Assembly (NCBI GenBank): GCA_011109175.1
Contig: RDEW01000026.1
Coordinates: 451,695 to 515,694 of the forward strand
Reading direction: 5' to 3'
DNA length: 64,000 nt
Source of the DNA: Dicyema japonicum
Taxonomy: Eukaryota > Animalia > Dicyemida
Every line of letters begins with the position of its first letter. The stretch's first letter is position 1. The notes under the pieces are model-generated. The model saw only the letters and a program-made list of their open reading frames with translations, was not told where the DNA came from and made no database searches. This document shows positions 1 to 13,309 of this stretch, piece by piece. Both the position numbers and the translations under genes were made by a program.

Positions 1-1142
1 CACTTCAACATGTTTTAGCAAATCTTGGGAAGTGATCCCTACTTCTATTAGTATTATTTCGTTTTTGGATTTATCGTGTACGAAAATATCAGGTTTGTTA
101 TTTTTAACTTTTATATCCGTTTGTAGTGTTGTATCGACTCGTATTTCAACTTTACTGTTTGACACAATCGATTGGACTGTATGCGTTTTTGCCCTCTTGG
201 TTCTTTTTATTCCAAACGACGACATAGTTGTATACATCTCACAACTTTGTTATGTCGCCGCATATATGCATCGCTAAGCATCCTGGTACATCGTGTAGCC
301 AGGTGATCCACACTCTTTTTGGCCATACCACAATGACTGCAATTTGCTTTCATCTTTTCAAAGAACTGAATCCGATCCTGTATCATGCAGTACATTGCTT
401 CCGACCTTGGTTTCCCCCAGTAAGCCATTCTGTTGATCCATTGATATTTTCAAAACACTTAATTGAATGAAGCAATTTCTGATCAGTCTTCTCCAAATAA
501 TTCCTCTTTTGATATTCCTTTATATTGTCAGTGTTCAAGTTAGATAGGTCACTACGCCGGATTTCTAAATTAATAGCTTCGAATTCACGTGGTTAAATGT
601 AGATAAGCCCAATGTAATAATTATATAGCGAGAGTGCGTATTCATTTATCGCTTTAAACAAGTTTACAGCGTTTAACTTCGAATTCGCCAGCATCTCTAT
701 CTTTTTCTTCACAATTTCAGCAATTTTTTCCATAACTTTGTCTATGTCGTCCATCATTTTTATAATAGTATCTTCATATTCTGCAATTATTTTCAGGTCG
801 TCAATAAAAAGAAAATGGTTAGTCACATATGTCACAATAGACGGATCACTCTGATCAATGCATATCTTCGGGAATTTTATATTTATTATTCGGCTTAGTG
901 GGTCCATTACCAGAGTAAACAGCTGAGGAGAGAGTGAGTCTCCTTGCAAGATTCCTTTAGTGAGTTTGATCTTTCCAATTCTTTTTTGTTGAGGTTCAAA
1001 ATAACATTCCACTTGCTTATTCAATTCTTGATAAACTTCACAGTCCATTCAGGAACTCCAGAGCGATCAAGAACCCGACATAAAAATACATGATTGACAG
1101 AATCGAAAGCCTTCTTCACATCGATCCACGTTGTGAATAAAC
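1..1142 (-). mobile_element. Degraded R4/Dong-type non-LTR retrotransposon (RT + restriction-like endonuclease)
   Basis: RT motifs GILQGDSLSP and HFLFIDDLK; CxxC..DHLATRC..RHNKVV knuckle; KPDI..IILIEVGIT endonuclease; many frameshifts. Confidence 0.85.
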
Positions 1143-1144
1143 TA

Positions 1145-2340
1145 CAGTAAACTCTCTTAAATATGCCAATTCTCAGATTTGCCATTTTTTTAAGAAATAT
1201 TCTAATTTTAGTGGAAATTTGCCATAATTTTTTTAAAGTTTTTTTTTTTAAATTACTGAAAATTATACACAATATAACTTTATTATAGTAGCATGCCCGT
1301 TGTGTTTCTAGTTGTCGATATAAAAGACTCACTAACGAACAAAAAGTGCAAATATTGCGTTATAAGGACGACAACAACTTATTATCTTTCCAAAGAATTG
1401 CCGACAATTTTTCCTTGTTGTTTAAAGTGAACATTTAACTCTATCTTAAAGAGTCTTGAGTCGATTTTGGAACAATTCAAAACTAAAAATTCCTTAACAA
1501 AAAAAGTCAAAAAGTTAGTTTCCGCATCTTGATGAAAAGCTTGTTGAGTGGATGGATTCGATGGAATCAAAAGATATTCTTAATGGTTATAAATTTTAAG
1601 GTGCATTGTTGAACGATGCATTAATATCCAGTAAAACAGAATTCTACGTTAAGCAGCTTTCTCTCCACTATTTCAAAAACTCTTTGGCTGAGAAAATTAC
1701 ATGGGCAAATGTGCACTGAGAAAAGTGTCGATATTAAAGGGTTTCTCAAAGAATTTCAAAAAGTTTCAAAATCATATACCTGCGAGCAGATTTATAGCCT
1801 GGATGAAACTGGGATTTATACAGGCTTATTCCATCCAAAACTATCTGCAAGACTCCGTTTTAAGGATACAAGAACTTCAAAGATAGAGTATCTGTGATGT
1901 TATGCAAAAATATGTCTGGAAATCATAAATTAAAGAAAAATCAAAAATGCCGAAGTGTTTCAAAAAATATGATTACCGGTGTTCTGTTTCGTATTACAGT
2001 TCCAAAAGAGCATGGATGACTGCATTTATTTTTATTAACTGGATGATAAAATTCGATAACCTTTTATGGCAGAGAAGTCAATTTTGCTTTTTATAGATAA
2101 TTGTCCATTAATTATGATAATGAGATACTCATTCACGAAGAAACTACTGAAATGAAACCCCTAAACAAAAATGAAATAGCATCCAATTTAAGCGAAATTG
2201 AAAAGAATCTTTTTGAGAACGTTGAAAACGAAGAGGTTTCGTTTTTATTACATGCAAATACTAGAGATATCAAAAAGAAGCAAATGGGAATTGAGTTTTT
2301 TTGATAAAATTTAATAGTTAACTTTTTAAATAACTTTTAT
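1145..2340 (+). mobile_element. Tigger/pogo DNA transposon remnant
   Basis: TA + CAGTAAACTCTCTTAAATATGCCA terminus (same family as 52720-53964); YSLDETG and AWMT DDE-1 fragments; right end not found. Confidence 0.75.
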
Positions 2341-2515
2341 CGTAATAAAATCAAATTTTCATCGATGAGAAGTTTCCCAATAACTATTATAAAATTATTG
2401 ACTAAAAAGCGTGTGTCTCTTCCCTACTGGATTTAATGAATTCCCAAAAGGATGCATTATACTTTAGAACGTGCATAGTTATTAAAATTTAATCACAAAT
2501 TATAAAAACAAAAAC

Positions 2516-4085
2516 TTATTTATTATTACAAACACACCATTTTACATAATCAGGACCAGATGCCGCTACATATTCATCAACAAGACCCTGAACAACCTCC
2601 CTTGAACTATCAAACTCATCCAGATTATCACGAAACATTTCTTCACGTTTGTACTGTTCAAGAAAGGCTTCACGCTTTTTGAGTCTGTCATATTGTTTCA
2701 ATGTTCTATCGAATAACTAAAATAACGAAATTAATACAACCGTAGAAATACTTGTGTGATTGGCTAACATCAGTCCAGACACTCTGTTAGAAGTCTGGAC
2801 ATATGGTGACTTTTAGAGAGTGTGACCTGAATGCCAGCAGGTCCCCAAGATATAAACTTTGCTAATTTACGTTCTCTTATCTTTTGGAGACTTTTATGAA
2901 CCTATATAAGTTTGCCAAACAAACCTGTGAAGGATCAATTTCTCCCTGAATGATATTTAATATTGAAATATAGCAATGATCAGAATTCCTTCCCTGAGAA
3001 GTGGAGACCATCATATTCTTAGGCTGCAGTAAACGCCTCATAACATCCAAAACAGAAGTCTTCATTATTGATGAGGTCTATTGATAAACAAAATATCCAA
3101 ACATTCGACACAGTGGACAATGGAGTGTACCCAGTCATAAGAAAATGTAGTTTGGGAGTAGGGACTAAGGAAGCAATCAACCCAATTAGATCATTGTTCA
3201 TAAACCCGGGATATCGAATAGTGGAAGTGGATACTGACATGACAGTGGACACTATTTGGTTTATTTGGGAGAATGATGGATTCTCAACGTGAAGTCTTTC
3301 TACGGCTATTCTGTGAAGGGCTGTATTGTCCAGTACAACCTCAAATATTAGCAAGTCATACGACAGAGTCAGCATTCTCAGTAAGTCTCTTTAAAGTGAG
3401 AATTGAGTTATAAGGCTGTACAACAACATCGGACATTTCTTGAAGGTTTGGGAAAACGGAATATGTCTGGACAAGTTTTTTGGGGTATCTGATTAAACAC
3501 TACGATTACCGATCATTGAGTCTCTCCAGAATATAAGAGCCCATACCAGAACCAGTTCCTCCAGCAATGGAATGACAAATTGTAAATCCCTAACAAATGA
3601 TCACAATAGTAAACCTCAAGACTGTCGGACCCGTCTGCCTCTCTATCAATAATATCAAATATCTCTTCGTATAGTTTAGATGCCTAAACATCGAAATTAC
3701 AACTACATGAGCATAACCAGAGGCCCAAATGTTCCCAGCTCCACCACCGTCCTTGGATACAAATATATTTTCAGGATTGTATAGGTGGGCGTAGGCTGAA
3801 TTCCTAATTGTGCTGATAACACGTGGTTCCAGGTCAACAAGCACAACTCGGGGAATATAATGGTCGTCATCTGCCTGATAAAAGAAAACGTCCTTCCTGT
3901 CCTCACCCCCGATGGCATACTCTTCCACAATACCGTCTATATTAAAGAGGAAGGAGAAACCTGGCCTAATTCCGTGTTCTGTGCAAAGATTCTTCCAAAA
4001 TTCAAAGCCAACTATGCATAATTAATAATAAAATACTTTGATTTCCGCACTGACCCAATTGCAGAGTAATGATTTCACGCGGCAT
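2516..4085 (-). CDS. TUBG1: Gamma-tubulin (multi-exon)
   Basis: [16 protein letters not shown] start; [12 protein letters not shown]; [10 protein letters not shown]-terminus; introns 4012-4036, 3937-3960, 3684-3706, 3590-3614 and others. Confidence 0.97.
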
Positions 4086-4185
4086 CACCTTACAGTATGT
4101 CTTTTATTATTATTATTAATATTTTAATTTTGATAATTACAAATAGAATACATTATTAATAACATTAAATAATTTAATTTTGTTC

Positions 4186-5744
4186 ATGTGTTCCACTAAA
4201 CTACATCCACGGGAGTTTTTAACTCCAATAAAAGGTCATAAATTTTCTCACAAAGTAGAAGTCTCCAAACAACAACTCTCCAAAATTCTCAACATTAAGT
4301 TTTCAATTCTTTCCACTACCCCACTTAACGATATTAACAATCTATACAATAATGATGAAAATGAGTGTCCCTCTATTTTGATAGATTATCGCGATTGTCT
4401 CGACGATATCAACGAGTTTACATGTCAAGGAGGGGTAATTCCCTCTGCTTGCTATCGTAATGTACTAACAATGGTATTATCAGTTGTTATTCATTAGTTT
4501 GAAGTAAACATTGACCGAAACATACCTCTCTCTAGATTTTACCAGCATTCCCTAGATTTTGAAGAGGAAGACGAACCTTTCCTGGATCTTTCCTGGTTTT
4601 ATCTTCAAGTATTCAGATTATCTAATACAAGCACCTTTATGACTTCTTTCTTAGACTTATCGACTCTAGTAACCTCAATTTTCCAGCATTTGAACAGCTG
4701 ATTACTGAAAGACTATTAAATAAAGTTTATTAGGTTATCTCATTCAGATTCTGAGAACATTCAACAACCAAGATAGCCGTGAACGTGACTTTCTTAGACT
4801 TTTACTGCATAAAGTATATGGAAGGTTTGTCAAAATGAGACTATTTCTGAGGAGAAGGATTGGGTACATTTTCATGAAGTTTGTAACTTGGCTATTTATT
4901 AGTTTTGCCTATTCTGATGAGACATTCTACGGAATAGAAGAACTTTTAGCAGTGTTGGTGAGGTTATAGTGTAATACTCTATGAAATAGCATAATCAATG
5001 GATTCGCTCTCCCATTGAAGGAATCACACAAGGATTACCTCGAACACCAAATAATGCCTCTACACAAGTCAAATATGATTTTTGCATATTTTCGTCAACT
5101 TTCCAACTGTGTAATTCAGTACATTCAGAAAGATCAGAGATTGACCTCATTGGTTGTATTATTATATATGTAGGTTATTACTTCACTCTTTAAGTACTGG
5201 CCAAGGAATAATAGCTCAAAAGAGGTCTCTTTCTTTATCATTTCAGCTTCTCTTTATGACTGAACTGGAAGAAGTTATTAATCGTTCAAATAACGTCGAC
5301 ATGTCTAATATTATTGACCCCCTTTTCAAAAAACTTGCATCACTTTTTCAGAGTCCTCATTTTCAGGTGTTTGTGTTATTTATGTTAGATATCTGAACAT
5401 GCCCTACTTTTTTTCAATAATGAGAGCTTCCTTAAACTAGTTGCTGAGAACATCCCCCTGGCTATGGGTGAATTTGTCCCCAGTATTCAGAATTCTCTCC
5501 ACCATTGGAACGCGTTGTCCATGTGAATTTAATTTAAGTTCTATTCGAAATCTGTCCTTATCTATTATTGAAATAATGAAGACTCTTGATGGTACTCTAT
5601 ACGAAAATTGTCTCTCAGACTACTACACAAACAAAAAAGAGTATTTTACAGATTTAATCTTTCAGAGATGCCGATAAAAGGGAGAAAAACAAAGTTAAAT
5701 GGGAGATGATAGAAAAGATTGCCCAACAGAGTTCGTTGGATTGA
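4186..5744 (+). CDS. PPP2R5: PP2A B56 (B') regulatory subunit (multi-exon)
   Basis: EEEDEPFLDLSW, DSRERDFLRTLLHKVYGRF, SIINGFALPLKESH, KYWPRNNSSKE, SPHFQ motifs across tiny introns. Confidence 0.9.
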
Positions 5745-6079
5745 TTATATTGTAATAGTTAATTATATAAGGGACTTGTAATGTGTGCTATCAAAATATA
5801 TATTTGTTTTTGACTTTAAGGGAATACTTTTATATGTTCTCTCCTTCATCCATTTTCACATTCACCTTATTTTTAGTCCTCTAAATACATGCATAGGGTC
5901 TCCAAACGATCCATCTGACGACTTAGAGTAGATAGATGTGAAGTACTATAGAGACATTATTAGGAAAAAAAGTCATCATTTAAATTGGAAATGCAATAGT
6001 GATTGAGCTCAGAGACCTTCGTCATTGAAAATACTTCTTTCAGAGCTTTGAAATCGTTTTCACTTTGTCGTAGTAACTG

Positions 6080-6460
6080 TTATTTATTTTATTCACACAA
6101 TCTTTTGTAAGTCCAACACAAACAGTCATAACTAATTATTACAAGGGAGGGCATCTGCTTTTGCCGAACAAGTCCATCCTCCAATAGTACATTAAAGGCT
6201 TCAGACGAGAGGTGGAGAAGTAGCCCTCTTCCATTTTCATCACACGTTTTCCGTCGTGGACATTACTTCATTTAGCGACGGAGGAGTTTTCATAATGTAA
6301 TCTAAACTAGAGGATTTAGGCAGGGAGAAGGTAGGAAGGTCCCTTTCAACTGCGTGTCGTGTCTGAAAGACTCGTCGCCTCACAGGTTGGATCTGTTTGA
6401 CGAGAATTGACCTTCTATCCTTCGGATTCGAATCCACGACCTTCAGATCCGTTATTATCA
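6080..6460 (-). mobile_element. tRNA-headed SINE, family B
   Basis: B-box-like GGATTCGAATCC then body GAAGGTCAATTCTCGTC...GAAAGGGACCTTCC shared with 13310-13590 and 45320-45710. Confidence 0.8.
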
Positions 6461-6639
6461 GACTTTGACAAGTGTATAATTTATATTTATTGAACCAAAA
6501 AAACACCGTCATAGCCAGAATGAAAAAATTCAGGTTATCCACGCCTCCCTCAACATTCTTGCATGCTCGGCCTTGAGGGGAACTATTCTGGATGGTTAAA
6601 TGTAACTTAATTTCAAAATGTTGACTTGATTTTAATTTC

Positions 6640-6910
6640 GAAATGTTGACGTTCAGTCAGAAGGCCAGGTAACATGTGTCTGATTATTATCATTAACCTC
6701 GGATACACCAAGAAAGAAGTTGCTCTCCCCACTCCACTGGAGGGTTTTCACAACTGCAAGGAATGGATGTCTTCTACCTTTTATGTTGGTTCTGTATGGA
6801 CTTGAGTAATTTTGAAGTACTCTGTATCTGTAACAGTGGAAACTGGATACACTTGATTAGTTGATTACTTTTAATTTCTTTATTGGTGGATCCGGGGTTA
6901 ACAATAATAA
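6640..6910 (+). mobile_element. Bipartite non-autonomous Vingi-type element (5' UTR joined to 3' tail)
   Basis: 6720-6870 aligns with 5' UTR 49101-49227 of the long element; tail TCCGGGGTTAACAATAATAA resembles its 3' end; no ORF. Confidence 0.7.
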
Positions 6911-7008
6911 TTTATTAACCATAGATTTAAGGAGTTTTACATCTGAGTCTTACCATAAGGCTTGGACTCCACATCTGGATCCTTCCTCCTTTTTAAATTT
7001 CTCAAAAC

Positions 7009-7453
7009 ATGCCACAAACCTGTAATGAAAACTGTCTAATCCTCTCCTATGCCAACGGTATCATTCTTGCTCCAAGAACAGAAGCATTCAATCAGCGACT
7101 CAGTTGGCTCAACAAATGCTCGACAACTTGGAACTATGGCTCTCGAAGCGGAGACTGCAATAAAGTTAATTGGACCAGATCACAATATCCAACCCATTGA
7201 AAACTTTTTAATCGAACTACAACGAAAACTATTAAAGAGGCTATTCTACCAAACTGCCCTCTATTCCAAATACTATCGAATTATCTACAATCATACAAAA
7301 ATTTTGAGCCGATGCCATGTCTAATGAGAAGAGCTGTTCTGGATTCTTGACCCCGCCGGACTCGTCCTCACCTTTGTCGGTCTGGGATCACTTAGTTAGA
7401 TGAGAACTTTTATTTCTTTCTTTTTGACCCAATGATCCTGGGGGTAATAATAA
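7009..7453 (+). mobile_element. 5'-truncated, internally deleted LINE with 15-bp target-site duplication
   Basis: TAAATTTCTCAAAAC at 6994-7008 and 7454-7468; ILSYANG (degenerate YADD); GGGG(TAA)n tail. Confidence 0.7.
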
Positions 7454-7559
7454 TAAATTTCTCAAAACTTTTCTCCCAGTTTTATTTTTTTTTGAAACCT
7501 TTGATCCGATCCTCCAAATCCTACTAATCGGTGCCATCAGCTTATCTTCTTCCTCGCTT

Positions 7560-8980
7560 AGACAGTCTTTCAGTTTCTTATTTAAAGAGAGCTTAATTAA
7601 GCTCTCCTTGTCTTCTCTATGAGGGGTAGATCTTTTCCCTCTTTGGGGAGAACCACCCCTAGACCCATAAAGTAGGCTATGGGGAATAACTTCCTTGAAG
7701 ATGACCAGGTAGGTGTTACGGCTAAAGTTTCATGTACACAGGAGCCACTGAAAATCTTTCTTCTTCCTCTCCCTGTGACCCATAGGTAGCGCAGATGCGT
7801 GCATTGCTTACTCCCACTGTGTATGCTTGTTTCAGTTGCTTTTTCCACTTCTTATTCGGAGTGCGCATGAATTTTCAGCATAGAGCTTTAACCCTCTCAT
7901 GTTGCACCATCGCTCAATCTGATCCACATACTCCGGATTCTTCCTTCAAATATATAAGATTTTATGGATTTGTCCATCACAATTACGTCATCCGCATAAG
8001 AAGACTAGTATTAATATTCCTCGGACGTGGAAAACTCACCATGAATATATTAAACAAAATAGGCTTCAATACTGAACCTTGTAGTACTCCTCTTGAATAG
8101 CATTAAATCATATATATTTCCGCACACTTTCCAAAAAATTGTCTTTCCTGAAGATAATTTTTTAGCCAAACAAATAGATATCTCGGAATACATGCTTTAC
8201 AAGCTGCTTGCCTTTTGAAATCCCTTGCTTTCATGATTTCAGAATTCAGTCTGCACAGCCTCTTCCAGGACGAAAACCCCACTACTCTGAATCAGAAAGT
8301 CATTCTCCTCTATACGTCTTTTGAAAATGATACGTTCAACTACTTTCGTGAAAAAAGCATATTAAGCTAATTGGCCTGTAGCTTGTCGCATCTTCCTTTG
8401 GCTTCATTGGTTTTGGAATCATCTTCACGACAGCTTTCTTCCATATTGAGAAGAGATGGCTAAGTTTTAAAACCCATTTTAAAGACATCGCAGATAGTCA
8501 AATATCCGGATCCTCCTTGATAAGCTTAATTGATAAGCTTATATCATGGAGAATTGACCTTGCATTCCCTGACAGTCGTCATCACTTCCAAGGCGCTGAC
8601 AGTGCCATCAACAATATGAAGTTCCTCGTCGGACTATTTCAATATATTGGTAAAAACTTTCTTTTTGTCATTCGGAATCAAACTCCATGGATCCACACCC
8701 TAAATTTTTTGGAGCTGATCCCTGAAGGTGTTTCCTCCGTCATACATACGCCCTCGTTTTGTTTCTTTAATATAATCTTTTCTGCCCCGACTTTGGACAC
8801 ATTATCTTACAATAGCATTTCCAAAAAGAGGGATTTTTTACATAAATCTTCGCAGCCTCAGACATCCATATACGGTCAGTTTCATCCTTCCATATACTGC
8901 CGATTACCTCCTTGATAATCATGATTCTGGCAGATAAGATTTCCCCGTCTATTTTGTCGAGAGTTTTGGGCCTTCCCACA
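7560..8980 (-). mobile_element. Degraded Jockey/CR1-like LINE RT region
   Basis: GVLQGSVLKPILFNIF, YADDVI, YLWVT and YRPISL-like remnants in shifting frames. Confidence 0.7.
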
Positions 8981-9199
8981 TAGACAGAGCTGGCGATACT
9001 GGTAATACGCCGTCCATCCTGATTTGTTTTGCAACAACCATAACTAATACTCTTAGAATTAAGATGGTATAGGAATTCTTGTCAATAATGATGGTTCTGA
9101 TTTGTTTATATCGTTTAATGAATAACATTAGAATTAAAAAAATTATGATTAATTTTTGCGGTTAGTGGTATTAACTAAATATTTTAATTAACCATCAAT

Positions 9200-12160
9200 T
9201 TTTTATAATCCAGCATAGAAAACCAATTTATGACCCAAGATGATGTTACATAAATAACAGGTATCTCGATTCCCACTGTCATTGGAAAAGTCAACATTGC
9301 TAATATTTATGTTCCACCTCCTCCTCCTTGCCCGAAGGGATATAACCCAGACCTCTCGAAGTTGAACAATCTAAGGAACCTAATTATTTGTGGAGATTTA
9401 ACACCCAACTTGGCTAAAATCACAACGGACTGACTCTAGAGCAGCGCTTCTCGATTGGAGGTGCTCGCAGCCCCTAGGGGTGCGAGAAATAGTTTTTAAA
9501 AATTATGATTACTTGTACATATATATTTTATCAAATCTATTGACGGAGCTGTGAAAAACCTGAATAACGTGATCTTACTGGAAAAAAAACTATTTATTCC
9601 TAGATGTTCCTTCAAGCGGTACAACAAGAAACTAGAGCCTTCATCAAAGAAAGGAATCAGCTTAATTAAATCTTCTACCTTTCCCCGGGAGGAGAAGCCA
9701 AATCAAGAGCCTCAACGACGCAGTCGCACAGAGGTTGAAATCATCTCAAAGGAATGAATGGGCAAGCAGAATCAGAAATCTTTGCAAGCACAAATTTACC
9801 CAATGCATGTGGAAGACCATTAAAAAGCTCAGACCATATGCGGAACCTAATAACACAGGCTAGCCAAATGTCCAAGAATAAAACAACTTTATGAAGTTTT
9901 ATGTCGGAATCAGCCACAAGAAATTCCTGAAAACCAGCCCTTCCTTTACGACCACGAAGCCAAAAAGGTCTTCTTCATTATATTGCTTATCTATTTTGGA
10001 CAAAATTAAAAGTCTTCCCTCCTGCGGTCCTGATTTGATTCCGGCTATTCTGCTCAAACATCTTGGCCCAATTGGAATAGAAGCGCTCCGGAGCATCTTT
10101 AATTTTTCAATAAACCATAAACAAATTCCAGAAATTTGGAAATAGTCCAACATACGCCCAATTCTCAAGTCGGGAAGGCCGAAGAGCGACCCTATTTGTA
10201 CAGACCCATTGCACTATTATGCTCATTTTCGAAACTCCTGGAAAAACTCGTTCTATGCATCATTTACCCTGCCCTTCCCCTTGCACATCTCCAACATGGT
10301 TTCAGGAGAGACCGGTCTACATAAACACACCTCACCTTTTTGAACCAGTTCATTATTGAAAGCTTTTCTGAAAACCACATCTAAAATCTGTTTTATGCTC
10401 TTTCGACCAACAAAAGGCCTTCGATTCTGTATCCAGAAAAATCCTTACTTAAAAAATATTTAGACTATATTTTTTAAGTAAGACTATATTTTTACTTAAA
10501 AAATATTTTAACTCGAACATAAAATTACGGCTTTCAAATTTCCTCAGCGGAAGAAAAGGGCGTGTATGCTTGGATGGAATTTGATCAGTCTCGAGATTAC
10601 TTCCAAATGGAGTTCCCCAAGGTTCCCCCGTCTCCTGCCCTACTCAACTTATACCTTTCCGATATTCCCAACCCAGTTATGGAAGACTCGATAATTCTCG
10701 CCTATGCTTATGACCTACTCATTATTTCACGTGATCAAGACCTCACGAATGCTTCAAAAAAGGTACAAGAATTCTTGTTACAATTTCAAACTTGGCTACA
10801 CCAAAACCGGATGAACATATCTCCCGGAAAATCCTCCACCATCTATTTACCTGAAAGGCTCGGAAAATGTACCGTGGATCTATTCCTGGACAACGAAAAA
10901 ATTCCTTTTACGAAGAAACCTAAAATTCTGGGGGTCACTTTTGATACCCACATGTGTTTTTCTGCCCATATTGAGAAAATCATTGGAACTTGTCAGAGGA
11001 AAATTGGTTTAATCAAAACCATATTTTGTGTAGGGCAAATTTTTTAAACCTAAAAAATAAAATTTAACCTAAAAAATTAACTTTATTAACCTAATAACTA
11101 AAAAATTAACCCAAAAAATTAACTTTACATCTAAACAATAAAATCACTAAAACTTTTGTTACATACAAATTACATAACTTTCTAAATTTTCTGGTAAAAA
11201 ATTTCGGTTGGATCTTAGAAAATTCTTTATCTCAGAGAAACATCGTTCAACCGAGCACAAAGTTTGCTGACAATTCAGGAGTAATGAATACTCGACTCCT
11301 GTGGTTAAAACCCTAAAATACTTTGTGTGATATTTTATACTTTTTTGTCATTTTCAAAACATGTCTCATATGTATGCGAACAATCTCAGAAGTTCACCGT
11401 AGTCTGGGCTATGCCAAGTACATCATTTGGCTCGAGCAAAGAGAGCTTGCCCACTATTTACAGACAATTTATCAGAAAAACGATGAACTATGCTGTTCCT
11501 GCCTGGGGTCCCTGGAATAAATGACAAACGACTCAAAACTCTGCTCTAAGAATAATTAATGACTGTCCAAATGATCACCTACACTGGGAATCAAAAAATT
11601 TTCCAATCAGGGACCATTTCAAGATATTAAGTTTTCAATTCTTTGCAAGTGTAGTGCTCTGAGACACCCAGCTCACTGCCTTTGGATCTCCACAATCAAA
11701 AGGAGAATTATTCCTAATCTTTGTAATCAAATTCTGATTCTACAAACCATCCCAGAGTCTGAGTTTTCTCAGTCACGACAGAAAACAATCCATACTGGGT
11801 AAGTCATCAGAAGCCTTGGTATAAACAAGCTTCTTGAGTGTATTACACCTATTGTTGACGGAACCGAAACTTCCTTACCACAGGGAGTTCTCGTTTACTT
11901 GGCGCGCCTACGTTATGGTCATCAGTTGAATTTACATTCATATCTGTACATGATTGGACAAATAGTCTTCTCCACTATGCCCATCATGTTTTCTTGACCA
12001 GATATCAGAACATCTTTTCACTTGTCCGGGTCCACTTACTAGTTCTCTTCAGAACCAAATATACCTGTCGGATCTTTGGGAGTGTCCGCTCTTGCTGTAA
12101 CGTTTTTGTTAGCCACCAGTTTCTTTAACTTGAAGGGACCAATGGTAAATAAATGATGAT
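9200..12160 (+). mobile_element. Degraded Vingi-type LINE with inserted DNA-transposon fragments
   Basis: APE (NIYVPP, IICGD), RT (SCGPD, YRPIALL, QHGFR, AYAYDLLI, PKILGVTFD), RLRYGH; interrupted at 9442 by hAT terminus CAGCGCTTCTCGATT and at ~11030-11400 by a minus-strand SVERCFS fragment. Confidence 0.85.
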
Positions 12161-12169
12161 GAAATAGGT

Positions 12170-12621
12170 CAGTTTGTCAGAGATTCGAGATGCGAAAAAG
12201 TCCTGGTATTGACGGTATAAACGAAAACTTCTAAAATACTCATCCTCTCACCTACCCATCAGCTATGCAAGATTCTAAACAATATTTTCACTACACGCAG
12301 GAGTTCCACTCGGACAAGGAGTCTTAATTCCTATACAAAAACTCGGGAAGTCAGTTGGGTCAGTTGAAAATCTGAGACCCATATTTCTTCTAACGACTAT
12401 ACGAAAACTATTGTCGCTAATTGTCCTTGATAGAATATCACTTGCTGTAGACAAGTTGTTGTAGGTAGGACAAAGTGGATTCAATAGGGGGAGGTCTACT
12501 GCGGATATCGTGCGGACACATGGATATGACGAAAAGATGCAAGAAGGCAGTTTATATTTTTGGAATTGATTAGAACTTTGATAGTTTTCGTGGAGGAAAG
12601 CTCATGCAACTACTAGAAACG
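12170..12621 (+). mobile_element. RTE-like RT fragment
   Basis: KSPGIDGI, NLRPIFLL, GQSGFNRGRSTADIV. Confidence 0.7.
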
Positions 12622-13035
12622 GAACATTTCACTGCGGAACCGATCGTCTATATAGCGAATGCATAGTTCGAATACTGTACATTTCGGTTGAAGGTTCCAC
12701 TCATCAATATGCCTTGGTTTGACGAGTTACGCCGTCATAAGTGAACATTTCACTGCGGAACCGGATCGTCTATATAGCGAATGCATAGTTCGAATACTGT
12801 ACATTTCGGTTGAAGGTTCCACTCATCAATATGCCTTGGTTTGACGAGTTACGCCGTCATAAGTGAACATTTCACTGCGGAACCGGATCGTCTATATAGC
12901 GAATGCATAGTTCGAATCCCGATACTGTACATTTTGGTTGAAGGTTCCACTCATCAATATGCTTTGGTTTGATAGCTATATAGGACAATTGGGTGTTGCA
13001 CATGCGTGGCTATAAAAATGGCTTTCGTGAAAGTA
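12622..13035 (+). repeat. Tandem array (~2.9 x 121-122 bp) of SINE family A core plus SINE tail
   Basis: Units start at 12622, 12743, 12865; homologous to monomers at 25395-25620 and 42515-42810; ends with tail GCTATAAAAATGGCTTTCGTGAAA. Confidence 0.9.
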
Positions 13036-13309
13036 CTTTAATAACAGGTTCAGCTGCTTTCACAGTTTCAATTGGTAGAAACATTCCGCACATGATTTTC
13101 TCGGACAAAACCATATTGCTGCGGTAACAAAAAATACTGTCTTGAATTTGCAGACACAATCTCTTGAAAACAATCCACTCAATAATTTTCGATATAGTAA
13201 TTAATAGCTCAGAGGAAGATAAAGTTTATTTGAAGACAATTTTGGGAGTTGCCTATTTTGTTTAAGTGGAATTGTTATTTATTGAATCATGCTTTTTGTG
13301 TGGACACAT

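Noticed and set aside
7348-7408. Apparent further pseudoknot copy (GTCCTC ACC..GGT..CA..GAGAAC)
   Set aside because: Lies at the coding 3' end of a TSD-bounded LINE fragment; P1, P4 and linker fit poorly
12622-12975. CRISPR-like array
   Set aside because: Units are entirely repeated with no unique spacers; eukaryotic SINE-derived sequence
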